Origin: a virus
Taxonomy: Duplodnaviria > Caudoviricetes
DNA length: 26,317 bases
Virus record (IMG/VR): IMGVR_UViG_3300038673_000086
Location: 1-26,317 of that record
Strand: one strand, 5' to 3'
Each line of letters opens with the position of its first letter. The stretch's first letter is position 1. Shown piece after piece: positions 1 to 6,664 of the stretch. Under the pieces are notes generated by a model that saw nothing but the letters and a program-made list of their open reading frames with translations, made no database searches and was not told the DNA's origin. The position numbers were made by a program, and so were the translations under genes.

Positions 1-283
1 GGAAATCCGTCAATGCAACTTTCCGGTTGTGTGAAAAGTTCTTGAAATCGGGGAATAGTTTCTTGCAGTCTGCAACGGCGTGGCCTTCATCAATAATGTA
101 AAGCCGGTCGATGTGTTCATCGAGTATTTTCCCGTTCTTTTGGAGATATTTTTCAATGTCTGACGGAAGCCCTTTGGCGTCGATGTTATGGCCTATGCCG
201 ATAGTCTTCGCTCCACCGGTGCATTTATAGACCTTGTTGCGTCTCCCTTCGTTCAGTTCTGTAAATTCGCGTTGACTTATCAT
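1..283 (-). CDS. Endolysin, GH24 (T4/P1-type) lysozyme, 3' end outside window
   Basis: Not in the ORF track; hand translation from ATG at 283 gives MISQREFTELNEGRRNKVYKCTGGAKTIGIGHNIDAKG..., with catalytic pattern E12-x8-C21-x5-T27 and TIGIGH motif. Start overlaps the upstream stop (TAATG). Confidence 0.9.
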   Translation of the reverse strand, partial: MISQREFTELNEGRRNKVYKCTGGAKTIGIGHNIDAKGLPSDIEKYLQKNGKILDEHIDRLYIIDEGHAVADCKKLFPDFKNFSHNRKVALTDF

Positions 284-513
284 TACTTCACCGAAGTTTT
301 AATTGTGAATCCTAAGAACATCAGCCCTAACGCGCCGGCAACCAAAATAGATAAAACCGCTTTTAGAATAATTGATTTACACGTCTCGGTATATTTCATC
401 ATCTCCCCCAGCCATTCGTGCTGTTTGTAGTGCGTTTCTCGGTCAATATAGAACGCCTTTAATTCCTCTCGAAATGCCTCTTTTACCGCTTCCTTAATCG
501 CTTCCCGTTCCAT
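283..513 (-). CDS. Small membrane protein, holin candidate (76 aa)
   Basis: One C-terminal hydrophobic helix (IILKAVLSILVAGALGLMFLGF), purine-rich SD (AAGGGGA), translationally coupled to the lysozyme. Holin role is inferred from position. Confidence 0.6.
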   Translation of the reverse strand: MEREAIKEAVKEAFREELKAFYIDRETHYKQHEWLGEMMKYTETCKSIILKAVLSILVAGALGLMFLGFTIKTSVK

Positions 514-514
514 G

Positions 515-542
515 TTGACAAATCCCCTTTTTAATTTATTTC
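515..542 (+). promoter_or_regulatory. Possible antisense sigma70-type promoter
   Basis: Perfect TTGACA at 515-520, 16-nt spacer, weak -10 TATTTC at 537-542. The implied start (~548) coincides with the structured element. Confidence 0.25.
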
Positions 543-547
543 ACTCT

Positions 548-597
548 GGGCGGTGGCACTCCCTTTTGTGTCGGTCTGTGGTAGCAGACAGCCGCCC
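548..597 (+). other. Intergenic three-way-junction structure, candidate ncRNA or cis element
   Basis: GGGCGGT(548-554)/GCCGCCC(591-597), GGCAC(555-559)/GTGTC(568-572), GTCTGT(574-579)/GCAGAC(584-589). The three non-WC pairs are G-U on the + strand. Confidence 0.5.
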
Positions 598-601
598 TCT
601 C

Positions 602-985
602 CTACTTAACCACTTTAACCAGCAATTCCTTCGCCGCGGTCCCTTCGGCGCGGCATTTCTCGACAAAGGTGTTCCATTCTTTGGCTTCGGCCGTCGCCCC
701 ACCGAGACGGAGCATTTTGATCTCGTCGTTCACAGTGTATCGCGCCCGGATTTTTTCGACAGTCTGAGCGTCTATTTTGTCGGCCTCAAGATTCGCTTCA
801 ATCAATAAAACCGGCTGATCGCTCGGAAGCGTCACGCTGTCCGGCACTTCCACATAAGTAAATCCGTCCAGCTCGCCGATCTCCCGGACGCGCTCTTTTA
901 ATTTCAGTAATTCATAGTCCGGTTCAACCAGCGCATAGGTTGTAATCGGCGTAATAATTTTTCGGTATTTGTATTGCTTTGCCAT
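602..985 (-). CDS. Hypothetical protein (127 aa), possibly fibre-assembly/chaperone partner of the DGR target
   Basis: Strong SD (AAGGAGG) before ATG at 985; overlaps the RT 3' end by 62 nt; helical C-terminus (IRARYTVNDEIKMLR...FVEKCRAEG). Function is inferred from position only. Confidence 0.7.
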   Translation of the reverse strand: MAKQYKYRKIITPITTYALVEPDYELLKLKERVREIGELDGFTYVEVPDSVTLPSDQPVLLIEANLEADKIDAQTVEKIRARYTVNDEIKMLRLGGATAEAKEWNTFVEKCRAEGTAAKELLVKVVK

Positions 986-1940
986 TTTTATTGGCCTCCT
1001 TTATGATTTTCAGCATATAGGTTAATGAGTTGGTTTGTTTCGCGTGGCCCAGCAGTGAATTAATAGATTCCTGCTTTACCGCCTGGACCATGCGCCGGAA
1101 TTTAAAAAGGCTGTATTTCCTGATGACGGAGATCGTTCGCCACATCCGATAACCGCAAAAATTGATTCCCTTGCGCACTTTGGCGATGGTGCTTTTGGAT
1201 AGCGTCAGGCCAAGGTTATTCTGTAAAAATTCGATAACTGTTTTCCGGTAATCGAGGCACTTATCGCGTGACAAACCGATAAGCAGAAAATCGTCAACAT
1301 AACGGACGTAATGCCTGATTTTTAAGACGCGCTTGACAAAATGATCAAGCGGATTGAGATAAATCAGCGCATAAATCTGGCTCAATAAATTGCCGATAGG
1401 AATGCCGATGGGCGTTTCCATTTCGGCATACATCATCATTACGTCAACAAAGCGGCTGTCTTTGATTTTGACCTCAATCAACTTGCGCAAAATATCCCTG
1501 TTGATCGTGTAGAAGAATTTCCGCACGTCCATTTTGAGGATATAATCATCGCCGGAATGTTTGCGCATATACTGACGGGCGCAATGGGCCGCTTTATGCG
1601 TCCCGTAGCCGACACGGCACGCGAAAGATTGATCAATAAATGACCGGTTGAAAATGTAATAAATCGTCCGGTAAATAGCGTGCTGGACAACCACGTCCTT
1701 AAATGTCGGAGCGTGGATGACGCGGCGCTTCGGCTCAGTAACGACAAATTGCACATAGGGATCCGGGCGGTAAGTACCGTCCTGCAATTGATTGTAGATC
1801 ATATCCAGGTTACTGCCGAGGTTTCGCTCAAATTCAAAACAGGCGCGGCGCGAACGTTTCCCGCGCCGGGCGTCAAGGTACGCCAGATAAAGATTTTCTT
1901 TGCTAAAAGCTGTCTGAAATAAATTTCCGTATCGTTTCAT
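924..1940 (-). CDS. DGR reverse transcriptase (338 aa from ATG at 1940)
   Basis: Motifs GIPIGNLLSQ (DGR-type GxxxSQ), YVRYVDDF (YxDD), LKMDVRKFF, PKRRVIHAPTFKDVVVQH and GINFCGY. The track start at 2186 translates through TR and spacer; MKRYGNLF is the typical RT N-terminus. Confidence 0.96.
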   Translation of the reverse strand: MKRYGNLFQTAFSKENLYLAYLDARRGKRSRRACFEFERNLGSNLDMIYNQLQDGTYRPDPYVQFVVTEPKRRVIHAPTFKDVVVQHAIYRTIYYIFNRSFIDQSFACRVGYGTHKAAHCARQYMRKHSGDDYILKMDVRKFFYTINRDILRKLIEVKIKDSRFVDVMMMYAEMETPIGIPIGNLLSQIYALIYLNPLDHFVKRVLKIRHYVRYVDDFLLIGLSRDKCLDYRKTVIEFLQNNLGLTLSKSTIAKVRKGINFCGYRMWRTISVIRKYSLFKFRRMVQAVKQESINSLLGHAKQTNSLTYMLKIIKEANKNGKAIQIPKNYYADYNLCAG

Positions 1941-2205
1941 TTTTATTTCCCGTAAATCCCTGGTCTTCGGTTCCCCTACCAAAAAGGGATGGTTTACAGA
2001 TTTCGCGTAACGCCGGATAGCATATCCCTGTTGCTCCACGTTCCTCATTTGAGGTTTGAGGTTTAAGCAGTAGTCGAGACGAAACCCCATGTTGTTGTTC
2101 GCATTCGTGCGGTTGTTGTTCCAATTGGAATTCCAGACACCGGCATTCGTGCTATTGTTCCAATTCCCGGACGAGATGAGGCACATTTTAATATGCTACC
2201 CGTTA
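1941..2205 (-). ncRNA. DGR template RNA region (5' flank, TR, structured 3' spacer); ends approximate
   Basis: Lies between avd and RT. Contains TR, a 13-bp pairing between 2190-2202 and 2014-2026, and a stem-loop at 1949-2000. Confidence 0.7.
2072..2186 (-). repeat. DGR template repeat (TR), ~115 nt
   Basis: Reads ATG TGC CTC ATC TCG TCC GGG AAT TGG AAC AAT ... AAC AAC AAC ATG GGG TTT CGT CTC GAC T. It has 33 adenines, 13 AAY codons and no adenine at a third codon position. Homologous to 2637-2754. Confidence 0.97.
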
Positions 2206-2595
2206 CCAACGATTCTCCTCCTTGATTTTTAATATCCAACCGCCGATCATCCGGCCCAGCTCATCGATGATGGAATTGATGGCCAGATAACGATGCGGCC
2301 CCGGATTTTCTTTCGTTTTTGCACCGCCTATAAAATCAAAATAGCCAAGTTCATTGGCCAGCATGAACTGCATACGCAGCTTTTCATGCGTGATGTCCAG
2401 TTCCGTCAGGGTGGTTTTCTTGTGATACCTTTTTTGCGCTTCTGTAATGAGATCATAAAGTTCATAAGCCGTATTCCTGATTCTGTTGGCCAAAGCGTAT
2501 TTCTCGTGCTTTGGAAAATGATTAAGATAAATGTTCATTAGCTTCACAAACTCCATATATTTCCTATTCAACTGTGCTTCACTATGTGCTCCCAT
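2203..2595 (-). CDS. avd: DGR accessory variability determinant, four-helix-bundle protein (130 aa)
   Basis: FPKHEKYALANRIR and ELGRMIGGW motifs typical of Avd; basic, helical; located between target and TR. Confidence 0.93.
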   Translation of the reverse strand: MGAHSEAQLNRKYMEFVKLMNIYLNHFPKHEKYALANRIRNTAYELYDLITEAQKRYHKKTTLTELDITHEKLRMQFMLANELGYFDFIGGAKTKENPGPHRYLAINSIIDELGRMIGGWILKIKEENRW

Positions 2596-2622
2596 CGCTT
2601 CGCTATCGCTCGCTTTAACAAT

Positions 2623-4605
2623 TTATTCAGGATAACAGGCGAGACGAAACCCCAGGAGGCTGCTGTACGCATGCGCGCGGTAGGTGTTCCAATAGGAAGT
2701 CCAGACACCGGCACTCGTGCTATAGTGCCAAGGCCCGGACGAGATGAGGCACAAATCGTTGATGATTTTTTGGTAAAAATAATCTTTGCCAAACAGGTTC
2801 GTTCCTGTCGCATCCACTCCGGTTCCGGCTTTAGGCAATCCCATCCCGGTTAGTAGCCATCCCGCCCCGCTTGTGGATTCGGACAGGACTTGATTCGTTC
2901 CTGATCCCATGCGCATCGCATAAGCGTTTTCCGTTTTAAACGGAGGAGCAAACTCGGTCATTGTAGCGGCAATTCCAGTAGCGCCCCAGTGGTCCGTGGC
3001 GAGTGTATTTCCTGCCGTGTAGGATTTCATCGCTATAGAAGTGTTTGTCGCATAGAACTTTCCTTTTGTGATTGTGCCGGGATCAGTTCCGGCGTTATAA
3101 GCTGTGCCGAATGCAGACGAATTAAAGTTGATACTGAAAGTGTCGTCATTGATTTTAGTGATCGCCCACATCTTGTCTTTGGCGTTGGCCCAGTCCGCTT
3201 GGGTAACTGCATCAATCTGTATAAAATCACCGTTGACAAGACCGTGACCGGTGACCGTAATGACAGACGGATTGGCCTGACTCCACGCTTCAATCGCGGG
3301 AGACGTGGCAATCGCCGTCGCACCGATCATAATCTCCCACATGCCGCCATTGAGATCAGCAACACCGGAATCCTGCCCGTTGTGCGTGGTTTTTGCGAAT
3401 TGTACGCCTGATCCGGTCGTGCAGGCGGCAGAATAGCCGTCGCTCGCATATATTACGGTCGAATCGTCGCTGTCTTTTAATGCGCCGCTATTACACCCCT
3501 TGGGATAATTATAAGTGCTGTTGTACCAAGCGCAGTTTGTGGTTGTCTGTGAATACTGTCCGTGTGCCAGCGATAACATCGCCAGCGCGGAGTTTTGAAA
3601 TACACTCTTGACGTGGAAAATCGAACTGGCATTCACTTCACCGTTAGTGCCGTCTCTGCGGTGCGCCAGATCAACAGCACTGTAATTGTAATTTGCGCCG
3701 CCGGTCAGTCCGGCAAACGGATTATGCGCGGAATTTGACGACAACGGTTTGCCGCGTTTGATGCTGGCCGCGGTATAACCAGTCCCGTTGGCGACTTTGG
3801 AATTTTTATACTTGTCGATAAAAAAGCCCTTTTGCTCTTTGCCGCCGTCGTAGAAAGCTCTGTGCAGAGCGTAACCGTCCGCATTGGCGGCTGCCGCCGT
3901 CTGATATTTTTCATATCCGGCAATCTGAATTGAATTGTTACCGTAGGTGATAATCGTATCGTTAAATTCATAGGCCGTCCCGAAGCCTTTTGTCGCTTGA
4001 CCGCCGGACGTGTATGCGCCGTAGGCAGAGGAATCAACACCAATAGTATAATTGTCGTCGTCCACCTTTGTTACAGTAAAAAATAGATTGTTGACATTTG
4101 TCATACCGGCAACATTATTGATAAAGATTATATCGCCGTTGACGTATCCGTGCGCCGCTTGCGTCACTTTTGCAGGATTAGCCTTTGTGATGGCTGTGAT
4201 ATTTCCCCATGTGTGCATCCGGTAATAGAACTGTGGGATGTAAACCATGATTGATCCGTCGGTAAACTGATAATTGCCGTAGTTAGGGCTGGCCGGGTCT
4301 TGATATCCTTTCAGCGGCGTCATTCCCGTCGGAAGGATATTTGCCGGGCATACACCCACGCCGAAGCCCAGTTGACCGGGTGTGCCGATGAGATTGTCTG
4401 TCTGGCCTAGCCCGACGACATTTGCCACTCCGGAGACGGTAAGATTAGCCGCCCCAAGATTAGTCAGGCCGGTCACGTTCCCGCCGGTAATGGCTACGTT
4501 GGAAGCGTCTGTCAGGCCGGTGATGGGGGGCGTGGGAGGCACCGCGTAAGCAATGGACACGCAAAACGCAATAATAAGTGTGATAATTCCTATTCGTTTT
4601 TTCAT
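2623..4605 (-). CDS. DGR target protein (660 aa): signal-peptide-like N-terminus, C-type-lectin/FGE-like fold with C-terminal VR, two inserted FCCH-like beta domains
   Basis: Motifs MVYIPQFYYR, LHRAFYDGG..KGFFIDKY, TTHNG..GVADLNGGMWE and terminal GFRLAC. VR encodes 39 residues that end 4 aa before the stop. Confidence 0.93.
   Translation of the reverse strand: MKKRIGIITLIIAFCVSIAYAVPPTPPITGLTDASNVAITGGNVTGLTNLGAANLTVSGVANVVGLGQTDNLIGTPGQLGFGVGVCPANILPTGMTPLKGYQDPASPNYGNYQFTDGSIMVYIPQFYYRMHTWGNITAITKANPAKVTQAAHGYVNGDIIFINNVAGMTNVNNLFFTVTKVDDDNYTIGVDSSAYGAYTSGGQATKGFGTAYEFNDTIITYGNNSIQIAGYEKYQTAAAANADGYALHRAFYDGGKEQKGFFIDKYKNSKVANGTGYTAASIKRGKPLSSNSAHNPFAGLTGGANYNYSAVDLAHRRDGTNGEVNASSIFHVKSVFQNSALAMLSLAHGQYSQTTTNCAWYNSTYNYPKGCNSGALKDSDDSTVIYASDGYSAACTTGSGVQFAKTTHNGQDSGVADLNGGMWEIMIGATAIATSPAIEAWSQANPSVITVTGHGLVNGDFIQIDAVTQADWANAKDKMWAITKINDDTFSINFNSSAFGTAYNAGTDPGTITKGKFYATNTSIAMKSYTAGNTLATDHWGATGIAATMTEFAPPFKTENAYAMRMGSGTNQVLSESTSGAGWLLTGMGLPKAGTGVDATGTNLFGKDYFYQKIINDLCLISSGPWHYSTSAGVWTSYWNTYRAHAYSSLLGFRLACYPE
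2637..2754 (-). repeat. DGR variable repeat (VR), ~118 nt
   Basis: Differs from TR by 17 substitutions, all at TR adenines (8 A>C, 5 A>T, 4 A>G), plus one extra codon. Encodes LCLISSGPWHYSTSAGVWTSYWNTYRAHAYSSLLGFRLA. Confidence 0.97.
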
Positions 4606-4614
4606 GGTTCCCCC

Positions 4615-5079
4615 CTAATTCTTAACGAACTCTAAGTCGATTACAATCGTGGATGGATTCGCTGTATTATCGGCAAAGGTAATCTCAACATCAGTGCTGT
4701 CCATAATATGATAACCTATATTAGCCGGACAGATAACTTTGGTCTGCGTGGCTGATGTTGACCTATCGACTAACAACCCCCCTGCTATGTCCTCTCCCGA
4801 AGCAACCAACGTAATGTCGTAATTATCCGTAGGTGCGGGAGTGCCTGGGTCTGTGGTCACGGAGTAAAGATAGAACCCCAAAACGTCAAACGTTTTAGCG
4901 TCAAACGAATATGCCGTGATTGAGCCGTCTCCGGTGCAAGTCAGTCTTACAATGACTTTATCTATATTGCCCGATTCACCGTAAAACGCCTGTTTAGAGG
5001 TGAATGCACAACTTCCCGCCCCGAAAGCAGAAGTCGCCCACATAACTAAAACCAAAAGTGTTAAAAATATTCTTTTCAT
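4615..5079 (-). CDS. Hypothetical beta-rich protein with predicted Sec signal peptide (154 aa)
   Basis: Strong SD (AAGGAGG); N-terminus MKRIFLTLLVLVMWATSAFG; acidic, beta-strand-like mature part. Confidence 0.8.
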   Translation of the reverse strand: MKRIFLTLLVLVMWATSAFGAGSCAFTSKQAFYGESGNIDKVIVRLTCTGDGSITAYSFDAKTFDVLGFYLYSVTTDPGTPAPTDNYDITLVASGEDIAGGLLVDRSTSATQTKVICPANIGYHIMDSTDVEITFADNTANPSTIVIDLEFVKN

Positions 5080-5098
5080 ATTACCTCCTTATGCAAAA

Positions 5099-6664
5099 TC
5101 ACGATTGCTTTTTTGTGCTTCTTAGGGTGTATGGCGTCTTTGTATTCCTATGCGTTACAATACTTCCTATGTATTTCCCCGTTGCGCTTTGTGGTTCAAA
5201 TGACTTTCTCGACATCAAATCATCTACGTCTGAAAACATTTTTCTTACATAAGTGTCTGGATTAGTAAGATAACGCCTATAGCTATTTAAACCCTCCATA
5301 AAAGTGGCACCTGCAAGTGTAGCCGGATTTCCAGAAACCAAGGCATGAACTAATGCAGTACCTGATGTAATATCAAAGAAGTTTGGAAGATTTTTTTCTG
5401 ACGTACTTCTAAACGCTGCCTTGTTAGTTCCTTCTCTCAAAGACTTTACAGCACCATATCTTTTCTTTAAATTCTGATACCCAGAACCAACTTCTCTTTC
5501 GATCAGTTTATCGAGTTCCTTTCTCATCATATTAGCAAGACTTATATCCACCCCGGCTTTTTGAAACTCAATAGCCGTAAGATTTTTATTTGATAGTCTT
5601 GAGTTGGCAGAAGCAATCCAATCTTGGGCTGCTTCCGGCGTCATCTTTCCGCCATTCGCCCTTAATAGTTCCTGCAACTCTTTTGCGTAAGACTGAATTT
5701 TTAATCCTTCCGGGTGCCTGAATAATGACTCGTCTTTAATGACAGAATCTAATTCTTTTGCGACTGGCTCAAGGTCTAGCAACGCGCCTTTCTCCCCAGC
5801 CAATTTCTTCATTGAATCATATTCTCTAAATAATTTCCTTTCCGTTTGGTGAATTGCTTCTGCCATTTGCATACGAGTCTGGGGAAGATTCCCTGTGATA
5901 ATATTTCCCATATCATCAGCGAACCCAATATTACTTTTATTTGCAATAATCTCTTTTATGCCAGTTTCCGCATCATCAAAATACTTATTCAGTAATGGAA
6001 TCGTGTTTTTATTTTTTGTTGAGGATTTAATGGCCTTAGTAATGTTGTTAGTCACAACATTTTTTATTTCTTTATCAACATAACTTTCCGTAACCGGCTG
6101 AAGAACCCTATTGAACAAATTGGTTGTGTCATTAACGACAGCACCAGTTTCTTTTGCTACGGCTTTGGTTATCCTTATACCCTTAGGCATAAACATTTTT
6201 GCGGGGGTTACTGACGCTATGTTTAATCCGGCTTCTACGTTCTTAGCAAGGTCTGGGTGTGCTTCTGAAAAACCCTTCCATGCCATTCCAACATCTTCAA
6301 CAGCTTTTGATACAATCGGATTTTCGATAATCGCTGTGCCAACGTCAGATATAACATCCTGTGCTTTTTGGGGGACCAGAGAGCGATATGCACTTCTTAG
6401 TCCCTGTGTCGCCACATCAGCTATTCCGCCCGCAACCTGACCTCCCAACCTCAAAGCATTTTGTTCAACGTTTCTTAAACCGGGTTTGATATAAGTCGGG
6501 TCTTGAATTGTATCTAATCGTTCAGCCCAATCACGCCCTACATTAGAGAAGAAAGTATCTTCTTGTGGTTGCACCGTTGTTACTGATTCCCGGGGATGTT
6601 CTATTAATGCTTCATCAAGAATACTGGATTGTTCATTTCCCAATGCTTCATCGAGGATACTCAT
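5099..6664 (-). CDS. Probable internal virion/DNA ejection protein (521 aa from ATG at 6664)
   Basis: Long helical ORF with Gly/Ala-rich segments; third of three such genes after the tail genes. ATG at 6664 overlaps the upstream TAA and is preferred to GTG at 6673. Function is inferred. Confidence 0.6.
   Translation of the reverse strand: MSILDEALGNEQSSILDEALIEHPRESVTTVQPQEDTFFSNVGRDWAERLDTIQDPTYIKPGLRNVEQNALRLGGQVAGGIADVATQGLRSAYRSLVPQKAQDVISDVGTAIIENPIVSKAVEDVGMAWKGFSEAHPDLAKNVEAGLNIASVTPAKMFMPKGIRITKAVAKETGAVVNDTTNLFNRVLQPVTESYVDKEIKNVVTNNITKAIKSSTKNKNTIPLLNKYFDDAETGIKEIIANKSNIGFADDMGNIITGNLPQTRMQMAEAIHQTERKLFREYDSMKKLAGEKGALLDLEPVAKELDSVIKDESLFRHPEGLKIQSYAKELQELLRANGGKMTPEAAQDWIASANSRLSNKNLTAIEFQKAGVDISLANMMRKELDKLIEREVGSGYQNLKKRYGAVKSLREGTNKAAFRSTSEKNLPNFFDITSGTALVHALVSGNPATLAGATFMEGLNSYRRYLTNPDTYVRKMFSDVDDLMSRKSFEPQSATGKYIGSIVTHRNTKTPYTLRSTKKQS

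Larger units (their letters stand above)
924..4605 (-). mobile_element. Diversity-generating retroelement (target-VR, avd, TR, spacer, RT)
   Basis: All four components are present in the same order as Bordetella phage BPP-1 (mtd-avd-TR-brt). TR/VR differences are adenine-specific. Confidence 0.98.

Noticed and set aside
924-1940. Retron, group II intron or Abi-type RT
   Set aside because: The GNLLSQ motif, small size, lack of maturase/endonuclease domains, adjacent avd and the TR/VR pair all indicate a DGR.
2119-2135. Overlapping palindromes TTCCAATTGGAA and TGGAATTCCA in TR
   Set aside because: They follow from the TGG/AAT/TCC codons TR needs; no independent sign of function.
924-2186. 420-aa RT as called by the track
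   Set aside because: The first 82 codons are TR and spacer; ATG at 1940 gives a typical DGR RT N-terminus. The open frame is kept as a low-interest finding.
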